Source of the DNA: Lama glama
Lineage: Eukaryota
Reading direction: 5' to 3'
NCBI GenBank assembly: GCA_028534125.1
Contig: CM052818.1
Location: 498,001-562,000 of the forward strand
Length of the DNA: 64,000 nucleotides
The translations under genes were made by a program, and so were the position numbers. A model generated the notes under the pieces. It made no database searches, was not told the origin of the DNA, and saw nothing but the letters and a program-made list of their open reading frames with translations. Below, in pieces: positions 38,917-52,617 of this stretch. Every line of letters starts with the position of its first letter. The stretch's first letter is position 1.

Positions 38917-41900
38917 TAAAGACAGTAAAGCACATTCTCCCGTTCTGGTCGTACTGGTCCAGTTTTTAGTGGGGCTGTGAATAAGCGTATAACTGTCCTT
39001 GGAAGCTGGTGTGGGCACCTTTGTTGGGCTGACAGTGTAAGAGTAACTGTCACAGAGGGCTCTGAGCTAGCACTCTCATTTCTGATGTCTCTGTGTGCTG
39101 TGGAACAGTGATATCTAGCTTTATCTCTAGAAGTTTCTTGTCCTACTTGAAGCCTCAGATGTACTTCAGGGTCACACCAGCGCTTGGGTAACGTGGGGAG
39201 TGATGGTGTCAGGTAAGAGTTGGAGGCTGATGGATTTGGGAAGAAAAATGTGGAGCGACACCGTGTCTTTATGCTGCCCTAGTGTAGTGGGCTGTTTCTT
39301 TTCGTAAACCTTCTTTGGGTACCATTATTTTGGGCTGGTAACTGAAAATGTTTGGGAATTTTTTGGGGGGAATCTAATGAGAAACCCATGATGTGGGTTC
39401 TCCTACAAGACAGTACTTCTTGAGGTCAGGGACTATTTATCTGTATTCTCAGGACCTGGCCTAGACCCTTGGTGTGTAATAAGCCTTTGGATACTAACTG
39501 AATGAATAAATGATGTGCTTTAGAGATACTGTCAACTCCAGAAGGAGTACTCCCTTTATTTGGAGTAGGGAGATAAAGGGAGGGAAGGACGAGTTGGAAT
39601 GAGAGCAGACGGGGAAGTGTGGAGAGGCAGTGACCCCGCGCTGGCCATCTTTCCTTTCCGTTCTGGTGGTGGGCTGCCGGCATGAGGTTGGTGGCAGCCG
39701 CAGCAGCGGAGAGTTGGCAGAAGTAGGGACGAGCGTAGCTGAACAGCTTGGGAGGAGCAGTGTAGCGGCGGAGGTCGCTCCAGGCAGCCAAACTGGCGCT
39801 GGACAGAGACGGAGGCCTGCGCTGTCCGTGGGGCTCCCGGGAGCTGCCACTGATTTGTACAAGGGCTCAGACAACTCAGGTCCCTTCTCAGAGCCTGTCT
39901 TCTCCCTAGGGAGATGGAAAGGTTGTGCTTGATGGCCTTTGAAGCCCTTTCCAGCTGGGCTGGGAGTCGCTGTGCTTCTGAGCGCTGGGGCACCTGTGGC
40001 TTCGATGGGCTGGCGGCTTGCGCTCGGGATTTCCCTGACCGCTGAGTGCAGAGCTGTGCCGCGAGCTTGGTGGGGCTGAGGTCCCTTGGCTGGAAAGATC
40101 CAAATGTTTCAGGGAGAGAAGTGGGTGTTGCTGGAATGTTTCTGCCCCTTCTCGCCTTCTCTTGCCCGTTCCCCGTGGAAGCTGCATCGTGGCTCAGGGA
40201 CGGCGGGCGAGTGTGCCTTGTTTCCCTGGTCTCAGGTGAAAGCAGACATCTGGGTCACATCTAGAGCTCCCCACCTCAGCCCAGAGACAGTGTCCAGCCC
40301 CTTTACGTGGCTGGTATTTCTGGGGAGTTGGCATCCTGCTGACCTGGTACCCTGTGGGTCATTTCTGAAAGGGGGATGGGATCGGGGGCTTCCCTCCTGG
40401 GCATGAGATCTGGTGTTTCGGTGTAAGGAGGACCTGGCCAGTCTACTTTGTAAAGCTTGGTTCCTTGGCTTGCTTCTTTCCAGGGTTTACCTCCTCCCCT
40501 TTTCTCTCATTCCGTTCCTCCCATTATCAAACCCTGGGGGACAGAGGGGATGAGCTTTTCTGGGCTGGGTGTTCCAGAACCTGTGGCCCTTGTGAGCCGT
40601 GTTTAAGCGCCTCTCACGGCAACAACGAGGCATACCTGAGTGAAAGGGGTTGGGACTGAAGCCAAGGTCCTGTCAGCCTTGTGTGTAAGCTGCTGGCTCG
40701 GGCTGCTGGTGGTCACAGCTAAGAGACCGGAGTGCTGGGTTGGCTGCGGCTTAGAGATGACTGAGAGGTGTCTGTGTCCCCGTGGAACTTGCCATGGCCA
40801 GCTGCCCCCCAGCTCCCCAGGGTCAGGGAGAATGCAGCTCCTGGCCTGTAGTCTCCAAGGACAGGGGGTTCACATGCAGGTCTGTGGCCTAATGCTACTC
40901 CAGGACAGAGTCCTCTCAGTTTCTTAAGAAACAATGGAAGGGAGACAATGGAGTGAGCTTTTTTTTTTTTTTAAAGCTAACTTTCTTTAACTTAAAGAGC
41001 AGTACTTTGTTTTAATATAGGTCCTTTCTACTTACTAATCTTTCAAAATTACTCTCTTTTATGAAATGAAGGTGTTGGTAGAAAGATCTATTTTTTTAAA
41101 AAGTGTTTACTTGGCAAAGTACAAAATATTAACTAGTATCTGTCTTCACAATTTTTTTTTTTTAAATTGGTCCGTGAAGACCGAAAGCGTGCGAACCGCT
41201 ATGAGGCTACCCTGCCCTGATGAATGTATTCTTGGCAGAGCTGACAGGCCGGAGAGGCCGTGCCTGAGTGAGGGAGCCCGGAGAACCAGCCCAGCATTTA
41301 CAGCCCCCAGGGGACTGCCGAGACCTTAGCTGCTAGGTCTGAGCAGCCATGTAGTTGAGGGGACATGTCCAAGGATTTGGGAGGTCAGGAAAGGAGACAC
41401 TTTCCTCAGAAACAGAACTTTAGAATTTTGCCCTGACGCTTCATGTGGGACAAGGCAAAGCATCATCCTAGGAGCCTCTTGGGAATCAGACCGTCTCCTT
41501 GCATCCCTGCTTCCCGGCGTCTCCTCTTCTGGACACCCTTTCATCACCTCCATCCTGTCTCCACCTCCCCTGGTTTCCTTTGGGGCTTCCTCTGAGCTGT
41601 GCGCCTCCAGCTGCTTTGTGTCATCCTGTAAGCTGGGGGGCATCATCTTGCCTTCCTTGTCTTCCTTCCCTGCTCCTCACTTTTTTCCCCAGTGCAGGTG
41701 ATGGTGGTGCTGCAGTCCCCCTACTCAGAAAAGCTCAGCGTTTGAAGACTCGAGGCAGCCCTCTGGGATGGTCCCGTCCATCACAGAGGCAGGTGACTGC
41801 TTCTCTGGGCCCTAAGGTGAGGTAACACACCTGAAGGGGCTCATTCCTGTCTCAAGGTCTTCATTCCTAGTTCCAGGAAGGATTTAGATCCTAGGCTGAT

Positions 41901-44900
41901 ATTGGAGGCTGTTTGACTTCCACATTCTTTTCACCTGAGTGGTGGCTTGAAGCACAACATGGCAGCTGCTTAGAAAAGTAGGATTTGGTGGGTGTGGAGA
42001 TACGGTAGGCCTCCGACCCCAGAGCAAGCTCTGTGTATCAGTTTTCTCTTACATCAAATGGAGTAACCCTTCTTTGTGAGGATTAATTGGATAAAATATG
42101 CATAATGTCTGGTACCTAGTAGGTAATTGGTGCATGGTGACAGAGCACTCTTAGAACATCTAGAAAAGAATTAATCTTTATGCATAAAAATTGTGTATGT
42201 TAGTCTCTGAGCTGTAATTGTAAGAATGCAGTACAAATTAAATGTTTATTTGAAGACATCCTCTGCTTGCTCGTAGGACTGAGGGAGGGAGGAGTTTGCC
42301 AGCCTCTTTGTTGGGGAAGGAGGCTGGATACCCAGGAGCAAGGAGCTGTGGCCCAGGGTCTGACTGAGAAGTTGCTCGTGGGTGAGGGTAGTAAACATCT
42401 GATAAAGAGGGCGGGAGAAAAACCCTTTGTGGAGGAAAAAATACTCCATGGAAAAATGCATGCATAGATTGGAAGCGTGACTGAGAGCATCGTGGCTGAA
42501 TAATGGAGAGAGAACTGTGTATGTTGTGAGAAGCACACCTAGCCCTCAGCCAAGTGGGTTTAGTGGCTGAAGCAAAGCTCTGTGCCAGTTTTGAGACAAG
42601 ATACCTTGGACTGAGGCTGTCTCAGCAGTGTCAGAACACCTGACAGTTCTTGCCTCGCCTGCTGGTAGTTCTGTCTTCCTGAAGATGGAGGCTGTGAGGA
42701 GGGAAGCCGAGTTCCCACCAGCAAAGGGAGAGCTGATTGGTAGAGTAGAAGTGAAGAGACACTTTAGAGAAAGGGGCCCCATCTCAGCATTTGTGAATCT
42801 GGAGAGAAGCCTAGGCAGGGGGAGGTGTTTACCATAGACTGTAGAAAATTGTTTTTTTAGATGCAAACAGTTTTTAATACCCTGGCTGCAGACTTCAGAG
42901 TTTAGGGAAGTTAGCTGGAGGGATAGGATTGCTTTTAAAAAAGGAAGTGCTGACTTAACAGTCCTAAATGGTGCCCTAAGGAGGAAGATGGTGGCACTGG
43001 GGACGATCTGAACCATCTGCGTGGCTGCTTGGGCTGCTGTCTAGTGAGTGCAGATGGTGCAGACCAGGCTTTTTCACATGGAGAGGGGGTGCCATTCAGG
43101 CATAGTCTAACCCTTTAAGAGGAGCATCAGAGAGTTTGGTGGCCAGAATGTGCTGAGGCTCGTGGAAAATGCTCAAAACAATAAAAGCCTTTCATATATT
43201 CCCAGCAAGAACAAGAGGGAAGGGGTAGCCTTACAGCTTCAGGAGCAGAACTAGTGACGGAGAAAAAGCAGCCCCTGGGTCCCTGTTGTGTCAGGGAGTG
43301 TAAACTGGGGAAAGACCATGGCATGTGTGGTTAGCAAGGGAAGAGCCAGCTGCCCGACCTGCATCTGAGTCATCCACTCCCTACCGAGCACCTCCAGATA
43401 CGCTCACGGAATGACATCTTTATGGAATCATGATTGAAAGAGGGCCAGAAGACAGGCAGAAAGTTCAATTTTTCTAGGAGACGTTGGAAATTATAAACGA
43501 CATGTCAGTTTTTGACAGTGCTAGAGCAGATTGTTAAAAGGTGGTTTGTGAGACTTAGAAAGACAAGTGGTGAGCTTCGGGGGTCCCTGTGGTTCTTTGC
43601 AAAATAGCCCGGTCAGACTGTTGGATCTGGATTTCTGCAAATAAATGATGGTATCTCCTGCCAACTGCTTGGACAGATCAGAGGGCCAGTTTCTTACTTA
43701 AAGTCATCCTGCAGAGAGGGCACAGGTATAACTGCCTTGTTCAAACTTTTTATCATCCGTGTGGATCAGGATCCCCTGGGTCCTGTCCCCAGGGATTCTG
43801 ATTAGATTGGGCTGGGGTGGACCCAGTTGGGCTGGTTCTTTCCAGGTGTGTGTAATGTGTAGTTAGAGTGGAACTCCTCTGACACAGATGAGAGCTGAGA
43901 GGATGGACAGCCACCTGGACTCTTTACTGCAAATTGCTCACCTGAGTCTTAGGGCACCGGAATGGTTCATAACCATTCTTCCACCTTGCTCATCAGTGAA
44001 CCAGCATTGGCATCCCCTGGGAGCTTGTCAGACAGGCAGAATCTCAGGCCTTCTCTCGGAGTTACTGAATCAGAATCTGTACTTTAACCAGATTCCCAGG
44101 TGATTTGTATGTCCATGAGGGTTTGAGGAGCTGGTCTGTGACACTTCCGTGGCTGGAGAAGGGGACAGAAATAAGCCTTGATGAACATAGGTAAAGAACG
44201 GCAGTCCCTGGTTTTCAGCCGATTCTCAAGGGTAAGGAGGATGACCCGACACTTTCTTTGTTCTGTAGGCCAGGGAGACAGGAACAGCTTAAGATTCACC
44301 CCACGTTTAGTCTTGTTCTTCTGGAGTCCATTTCCTTCTAGTCTAGTGAGTTACAGTAAGTAGCCTTTAAGAACGTGTGTGTGTGTGTGTTCTGAGAACA
44401 GTCAGGAAAGGGCTCCCAGAAGATGCGTGCTGTTTCGCAGCCTAACTTGGAGCCCCCTGAGGGAGTAGTAGCTGGTGGTGGTTGTGAAGAGGAGGCGCAC
44501 ATGCCTGGAACCCGGGGACTCAGGGCAGGGCCTGGGGGCTTAAGAGCTGGACTTGTGTGCCCTCTTTGTATGATGTGGGCAGGAGCCGGGCAGGTCAGCA
44601 GGCGGGTGGGTGGTGGTGGTAAGTGGTGATGCAGCTGTTACGCTGAATGCCAGATCGAGGGGTTAAGGAGATTGGAGCAGTCTGGAGCCAAGGACCTTAA
44701 CTGAACTCAGTGGGATTTAATCAGGGTAAATCTGAAGTCCTGTACTTGTTTTAAGTACAGAAAAGAAATGTATGGTTAAGGAGCCCTGGCTTCCTAGCAG
44801 GTGGGAAGAGCTGAGATTCTAGAAGGGTTGTGAACAGCCTGTCTCTAGGAGCTCTGTCAGAGTGGCCACATGCCCGACAACGGAAAAAGATGGGCCGTTC

Positions 44901-45459
44901 AGCTTGGAAATGAGGAAGAGAACGCAGGCTAAGAGGAGTCCTACATGGATGAGGGAGTCAGTTCCTTCGTGTAGGGAGTAGGCAGAACTTCTCTGGAGAG
45001 TAGAAGTTATAAGCAGGTAGACTGAATCCATGTTTGAAAAAAGAGTTGTCTGGCATTTATATTGTTCCAAGACTGAAGAGCCAGCCCTGTGCCAGCATGG
45101 GTCTGAGGAGAGGCTGGATGTTCTGGCTGGGATGTTGCCAGAATGTCCTGTCGGGTGGAGGCCCCCACCCTCAGTGGTCTCTTGCTAAAGCTACGGGAGG
45201 TGAAACGCCAGGCCTACCTCGTATTCCTTTGTTGACTACATTGCAGAAGAAACATCGCTTTTAGGTCATAAAAGTTTCTGGTCAAGTTCTACACCTAGTC
45301 TCAGACCTGGGTTGGAACAGAGTCTGTGAGCTTTCTGAAACTTTCAGCCAAATGTGTGAATGTGCAGGGGATGTGTTTACTCATGGGAGAGAGTCCCTGG
45401 TTTTCAGCCGATTCTCAAGAGTTATTCATGACTTCTCAGATTTAAGAAGCATGCTCTAC

Positions 45460-45625
45460 CTGAGCTGTCCAGTGTGGTAGCCATTAGCCAAGTGTGGCTA
45501 CTAAAATTCAAATCAATTAAAACTGAATAAAATTAAATTTGGTAATGCAGTCACCCTGGCCGCCTTTCAGGTGGCTCGTGTGTTGGACAGCACAGAGCGT
45601 TTTCATCACTAGAGGTAGTTCTGTG
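45460..45625 (+). mobile_element. MER3-like hAT-Charlie element
   Basis: gctgtccagtgtggtagccattagccaagtgtggctact...ttggacagcacag pattern. Confidence 0.65.
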
Positions 45626-46636
45626 GGATATGGAGTTCCCCTGCATGGTCCCTGAAGCCTGTTTCTGAGTCAGGGAAATAGCTGTCCGAGTTGGCTATGC
45701 TTGGAAGGATGTTTTTGGGTTGGGGCCCCTGTTCCCACTTCCAGGTAAGTGGTCAGGGGTATGGGAGGGAGCAGTACTTTCCTGGGTTCTAACCCATGGC
45801 AAAGCTCATTGTTTCTCCTTGAAGGCACGGGGCCATGTGTTAATTATATGCTGTGGGGAAAACAGTAGGAATGGAGTGTGGGTCCCCATCCAAGGTCTCT
45901 CTCTCAGGCTCCCTGGGGGAAAGTGGCTTCTCTCACCCACACTCTTGCCCAGCAGCCCTGGTGAACCTTGCCCACATTTATTTCTGGCCCCAAACTTGCT
46001 TCTGCACCAACCCCAGCGTTAGCAGTCAGCCCTCACCCCTCTGCCTTGGGCCTCTCCTTCTGGAGAAGGCTGTGTGGTGACTGGGTGAAATGAAGGACCA
46101 CATGAGGGGTCTCAGGAGTCGTCACGAGTTCTCCCTCCCCTCCGCATCACGTCTTTCCGGCTCCCTTGTGGATCAGGGGCAGGATGCAGAGGAAGAGAGG
46201 AGGTGTTGGAAAGGAAAGGGACCTCTTCATCTTCTTGAGCCCTGCTGCACTCCGGCTGAGGGGTCCTTTAGGGTTGCTGTGGCCTTCTGCCTGGGTGTCT
46301 CTGTGCGTGGCCCAGGCTCCTGGCACACCTGCAGCAGACACACCTCTCTGTGGCCTCGTCTCCTGTCACTTGCATCGGGAAGCTGATAACCTGAGGTTTT
46401 ATTAGTCACTGGGGGAGGGAAAAAAGAAAGCTAGCAGCCCAGTGTGAAGGAACTGGCCAGCCTTTTGGTGACCACAGGCCTGGGGGCTGCTCCCTTGCCT
46501 CAGGTCGCACAGGCTCTGTTGTTGCACTGCTGGTTCTGACCTGTTCAAGTTCCAGCTCCGTTGTGGCATCCCCACCCACCCAGCCAGGGAGCTTTTAGAG
46601 GACAGTGCATCTCCCACTACTGGTAGAGCAGCAGTT

Positions 46637-46719
46637 CTGTTTGTTTATTTTTAAACAGAGATACTGGGGATTGAACCCAGGACCTTGTGCACGCTGAGCA
46701 AGCGCTCTACCCCTCCACC
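46637..46719 (-). mobile_element. Short tRNA-derived SINE (Vic-1-like) with TSD
   Basis: ctggggattgaacccaggaccttgtgcacgctgagcaagcgctctacc in antisense, flanked by agagc(a/g)gcagtt at 46625-46636 and 46720-46731. Confidence 0.8.
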
Positions 46720-49700
46720 AGAGCGGCAGTTTTAGACACTCTGAATGGAAGGGGAGTTGCACTGGGTAGAGTCATCTGGGGACATTTGCCAGACTGCATG
46801 TGCCCCGTCGTACCGCACCCCATCGTTACTGCCGGAGGAAGCCTCCAGACGGGGTGCAGAGATGCTGAGTCAAAAGCAGGTAGCAAGGTACTGGACTAGA
46901 GTCTGTTCCTTTCTGAGCTTTTCTTATGAGAGGGACGTTGGGTGGCTCTCCCTGCTCTTATTTTGTTCTGCCTTACTTTTTATTGATTGCTCTGTCCTGT
47001 AAGAGTGAGCGCTGGGTGCCCCGCTTCTCTCCTTGGTGCTGGGAGTGGTCCTGGCGCCCTGGAAGAGACGGATGGCATCGTTTCTCTGGGAGGCTGGGTC
47101 CTGTCGGGACTGTTGATGCTGCAGGCTGGGGTCGGGGCGTCGGGAGCCAGCGTGAGAAGAGCTGTGAGGAGGAGGAGGAGAGGCACCTTCTGGGAATGTT
47201 TCCCCAGCCCCAGGATCTCCAGCGTCCCCTGTGCCGGGGGAGGGCAGCACCTCTCCCTGGCGTCACTTCAGTTTCCGGAGGCCGACGTCATCTGCTTTGA
47301 CTGGTAGACCTGCAAGTTGCCTTCCCGGCTCTCTTAGCAAATCACGCCTGGGACTGGCTGCGTGCGAGGCGCAGCGCTGAGCCTGAGCTGCCGGTAAAGG
47401 GGAGGCAGCGTTTGCTCTGTCCTTAACAAGCTCGCTGTCTGGGGAGGGAGACGAGCATGGAAACAAATAATTACAGTACAGTCTGGTAGGGCTATACGGG
47501 AGGGACGCCGTAGGGCAGAGACGGGCCTTAGTCACCGTTGGGCCCAGAGAGCCCATCGTGGAAGGAAAGGGGCATGTTTTGAGAGTTTCAGCATAGTGAT
47601 ATGTGCAGGATGGGGGGGCACTGCCAGGAGGAGCGAGGCACCTGCCCTGAACCTGAGGTGTGTAGAAATGCCACTCGGATGCTTGCGGCTGGTGGCAGGG
47701 GTGTGGAAGGACGCAGACAGGCCACAGGGCGCCACCTGAGGGTGTCCATGGATCCTCAAGGTGGAAGGTAAGATGTTTTGTGTTAATTACTCTGGGAAGT
47801 CTTCCCCTGGGGCTGTCCCCCAGTTTTTAAATCATGCAGCTTTCCTGTCCCACCTTCTCAATGACCTGTTAAGGCTCTGTGTTATTTACTTGGGTCTTGG
47901 AACATTTGGTGCTCCAAGGCTGTTGAATTTGGGGTGAGGAGAACCTAATACGGTTCATCCGATATAAGACTGTCTTACAAGCAGTTAGGAGGGCAGGTGG
48001 GGCGTGGGCAGAGCCGCCGCCGGTCAGCCTGAGGGGCCTGAGTGCCTTCTGTTTGTTGATGTGGGAGCGTGCGGGGAGTTGCTGGCTGGCTGGCTCTGTT
48101 TTCCCTCTGACATCACTGGTGCCTGGGCTCAGTCTGGCTCTGCTGCATCTCCACGGAGGAGCACCCTTTCTGTTGCTGCTGTTCCTCCTCCTCAGCTTTC
48201 TCCTCCCTGCCATTGCCGTTGATACAGACTTCCGCTGCCAAAGCTAATTGTGAGGACTGATCAGTGAATGAAGGCAAAGGCAGTTCCCATGACAACCGCG
48301 AAGAGTTTCAAATATAGGGGATGATGTGTGTGTGATGGGCTGCAATTACTTGGGTGGAAATTGATGCGTGGACACCGGTGACTTCAAACATAGGCTCTGA
48401 AGGTGGAGGGGGTGTTAGGTTTCTTTGGCAGGATCCTTTGTGCGATGGAGAGGGAAGGGAAGGTCACAGGCTTCCCCCACGGTCGATTCCAAGTGCCTTC
48501 AGCGTGTGGAATGCTGAGCAAAACCCCGCAGGGGTTTGAAGAGGCACAGCTCTAGCCATTCTGGTTGGAGAGTCAGGACACACAGGAAGACAGATAGCAG
48601 CACCAAGCATCAAATGAGAAACCTTAGGAGTGCTGTCAGCTGGCAGAGGACTAGGGTAACCCGAGAAGGCTTCCTGGAGGAAGTAGGGCTTGACCTGAAC
48701 TTTGAAGTAAAGCCCTGGGGAGTGACCTCTTTCAGGACACAGCCATGGCGAGGGAGGAGAAGTCGTCCGTCTGCCCCCTGCCAACTCTAGAAGAGGTAGG
48801 TTGATGAGAAAATCATTGAGCTACACAGGGCAGCCGCAACTGTACTGCCGTGAGTGAGGGGTGGTGAGAGCCCTGCACAGTCTCCTCCTTTCTCCATCTG
48901 TGGAATGGGCAGGGGAAGTTCCTCTCTCATTGGTTTGTTTTGAGGGTTAAATAAGATAAAGTACATCATGCTCCAGTTACAGGGTTTGACATCAGGTTGC
49001 TGCTTGTTTGATGCTCCTGTGAATCCCCTTGAATCTATGTCTGGATGTGTCCCCATTTCCTAGTCTTTATATATCTGTGTGGGTTCCGGCCTGTGGGATC
49101 CGTGTTTCTGAGGTTCTCTGTGTTGGGGTATTTTGTGGGTTCTGGGAGTGAGTCAGTCCAGTCACTTCTCCCCAGTGGGGAGGGCAGTAGCCCTGTCCCT
49201 CCTGCTGGGAGTGCAGTGGGGTCTAGGAGTCATTGATGGAAGGTGGGCAGGGACCCTCAGCCCCCATGTAGAGGGGCCCCGAGTACCTCTGGGTCGGTTA
49301 CTGTGAAGCCTCTAATGTAGAAAGAGGGGCAGACAGAGACAGGAGGGAGTCAGGTGTTGGGTATGGAGAGTGTCCCTGCTGGAGGCAGAGTGGCCCCATC
49401 GTGCACCTCTGTGACTCCCTGGAGCTCTGCTATTCCAGGTGCCTCTGAAAAGGGCAGGAGGTCAGGGTGGGATAGAGACGGGAGCAGGTGGACTGACTTG
49501 GGGACCGTGGGCTCTGCTAGGGGTGTCCATAGGCTGCCAGGGGGTGGGCGGGGACCTGAGGTTGGAGTGGGGCTGAGTTAGCACTGGGGCAGGGGGTTGG
49601 TTCAAGCAGAGTGTTCGGGTGGCTTCTGCAGGCTCGTGAGGAAGATGTGTGCTGTCCGAACAACGTTGGGCCTCACCGACAGTTCAGTTGTGGCAGGTCA

Positions 49701-51799
49701 TGTCCTCCCAGGAGAGCAAGGGTCTCTCCTATCCTTGGGGACCTTAGAAAGAAGGCCGACCAAGAGAGTGGCCTCTGCATCTCAGTGCCCGGCCCCCTGC
49801 CTCTCCTCCCTCCTTGTGCAGAAACTCAGCTCAGCACATTCCAGCTCTGCGCAGAACCTAGTGAGCGGGGAAGACGGGGCCCCTGGCCACGTGGGGAAGA
49901 CGGCCGTGTAAATAAATAACTGCGCTTCGTTGCGACTGCTCCAGACGAGGTCCCGGGAGGGGTGAGCGGTGCTCCTGGACTAGATGAGCTGGGGAGGCAG
50001 CAGAGGGAGGCTAAGCCTCGCAGCATTGCAGCTTCCCAGCTGGGGAGAGGCAGGGGAACCTAGGCAAGGAGCAGCGTCACCAAGTTTCTGAGGCATGAAA
50101 ATACTACCTTCCTCAGACGCATAGCTTTTAAAGGGAAGTGGTCTGGTTCGAGTGACCCTGTCCCCCTGTGCATTTCCCTGGTGTTGGCAGGGAGAGGGGG
50201 TTAGAGAACAGGAATGAGAAGGGCCTGGATTAGAATTCTGGCTCACCACTCACCAGCTGGGTGCTGACGGGCAAATAACTTGACATCCCTAAGCCCGTTT
50301 CCCCGTAAGAGACAAGCTTGTCCGTGGAGTAAGTCGGGCGAGATGCTCCTGCAGCATGGTTGGCACGGGGCCTGGTACGCAGCAGGGGCTTGATAAACTG
50401 TGGCAGCCGCGGCAGCAACAATGTTGATCGCTGCCGTCCAAGCAGTGCTGCCCCTGCCCAGCAGCAGGCTGTGTGCAGTAGGTGGGTGGGGGACCAGGGT
50501 AAAGGAGGGACTGCACTTGGCCTGGCCAAGGGAAGAGCTGAGGGGTGCAGAAGCCCACACACAGCGCAGGACGCTGCTCCTTGCCCTGCCTTGTCACCTG
50601 CTTTCCTCCCTGCCCTGGGGAGGAGCCCAGTGGGGCTACCCTTTGCCCCAGCGGTGAGGCAGGTATGGGCCTTGGTTCCTCCTGCAGTCTCCTCACCAGA
50701 GGCCAGCTTTGCTGTCTCTCCTCAGGCAACCCATCCATCCTGAGTACCCTCTTGGAGCCTCAGGGAGGGGGCAGCACGTGGGCAGGAGCTGGTAGCAGAG
50801 CGCATCCTGACTAGTCCCGTAAGTCATTTCTCTCTGACCTCAGGTTCTTCTTCTGGGACTGAGAGGTAGCACACAGTGGGCTCTCTCAGAAAGTAAGAGG
50901 GGTGGCTAGCAGCACCTACAGTGTGGCCGGCTGTGTACATTTTTTTCAGAGTCTTCACAGCTGTGTTTAAGGTAGCTGCTGTGTGTAGTTCTGTTTTCCA
51001 GGTGAGCCAAGTAGGCTAAGAGAGGTAAGGTGCCATCACGAGGTCCTGCAGCTGGGTGGTGTAGCCGGGAGCTGGGCCAGATCATGAGTACCAGGGTCCA
51101 CGGAAGTCCCCCTCTGGGACAGCAGGAGCTCTAGGGTGTTCGGCTACAGGGAGTCGATGGGGTGAAGTGGGCTGTGCCCCGGGATGCCCAGGAATTACAG
51201 GGTTTTCCTCCCAGTTCTGTTCTTTCTCCTTCAGTCTCCTGGGTATTGCAGCTTTCAAAGCTCAGAGCCTGGGAACTGGAGACTAGAGCTCTTGCGGTCT
51301 GGGCCCCCTCCCCTCCTCAGCCTTTACAGGGGGTGGGAAGCCCTGAGGTCTAGGGGCACCACCTCCTCAGCCTTTCTAAAAGAGGAGGAAACACTGAGAG
51401 TGGTAGTGGTGGGGAGGCACCAGGGATGAGTGATCCTAGGATGAGTGTGGGTGTTCGAGTGCGAGGGAGGGCAGGGCTGACTTGGTAGGCTTTGAGCCCC
51501 AGGCAGTGTGGGATTCGAGAAGAAGCCTGTTGGAGGGAGGGAGGAGAAGGACTGCATAATGGTGAAGAGCCTGGTCTTCAGAGCCGGGCGGACCAGCTTG
51601 GAGTCCCAGCGCTGCTTTCTAGCTGTGTCACCTTGGGTAAATTACTTCACTTATCTTTCCTTGTTTCCTCATCCGCAGAACGGGGTAAAGGGTCATACTG
51701 CCAAGGCGTTTTCTTCCTCGGAAGATTGCAGGGGCTGTTGCTGTTATCACAGCGCCTGGCACTGACCTAGCTGCTGCGAGAAGCGGCAGTTTGCCGGTG

Positions 51800-52320
51800 T
51801 CCAAGGGTTAGAGAGCGGCCTGGGGGGTGCCGCCCGCGTCCGCTCGACCCCCGGCGCAGTCCGCCCTCTTTGACCCTGGGGATGCCTCTGGGTGTTACCT
51901 TCGGGTCCCCGACTCTGGAGGAGACGGCGGTGCCCCGGGATCCCCGGCCTGCCGGGGAGCGGCGGCGGGCCTGGGCCGCAGCCAGCACGGCTCCACGGCA
52001 CCCTCGGCGGCGCCCCCGCCTCCCGGCTGGGCAGGTCCGGCCCCCGGCGGCCCTGCCCCCGCTCGGCCGGCCGCGGGGATTGGCTGGCGAGCGCGCCGCC
52101 CCCTCCACACCAGCCTCGCCGGCGGCGGGGAGGGGAGCCAAGCCGGCAGCTGGCCGCCGCCGCCTCTGCAGTGCCTCCCTCCGTGCGCTCCGGCGGGGAT
52201 AATGGGAGGCCCGCCGGCCGATGCACCAGAGGAGGCCGGCCGAGGTAGAGCGGGCAGGGCGGGGAGGGACGAGGCCAGACCGGACGCAGGAGGAGGGGCA
52301 CAGCCCTCCTGGATCTCGGG
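51800..52320 (+). promoter_or_regulatory. TET3: Intragenic CpG island; likely alternative promoter for CXXC-less TET3 isoforms
   Basis: CpG-dense block with an inverted CCAAT (ATTGG near 52079) just upstream of the 57-nt exon. Short TET3 isoforms lacking CXXC are known in mammals; the assignment is inferred. Confidence 0.7.
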
Positions 52321-52556
52321 AGGGTGGAAAAAGAAGAAATGAAAACAAAAACACTCTGGAAGGCGAATGAGCCATCCACCGCTCGTCTGGGTGGCAGCTG
52401 GAGGCAGGAAGATGGTCCCAGCTATCCTTTCTTTGGGAGGCCCCCTGCCTCCCGTTCTCCCCCTTCCCCTGCGGCGGTGCTGGCGGTGCAGCAGAGGGAC
52501 TTTGCTGCTTTCCTGGTGTCAGCCTGGCTCATCAGTCTCTCCGGCTTCTTTTGCAG

Positions 52557-52613
52557 GTGGAAATAAAGACTGGTGAAGGAGCCGGGCCGTGGGGACAAGG
52601 GGCTGCTGTCAAG
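52557..52613 (+). CDS. TET3: TET3 second coding exon, 57 nt
   Basis: cttcttttgcag| acceptor, |gtactg donor. Translates VEIKTGEGAGPWGQGAAVK, in frame with the CXXC exon and matching the TET3 sequence that follows the CXXC domain. Confidence 0.94.
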
Positions 52614-52614
52614 G

Positions 52615-52617
<3 letters not shown>

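Noticed and set aside
51747..52379. ORFs of 170-210 aa on both strands
   Set aside because: Same CpG-island artefact.
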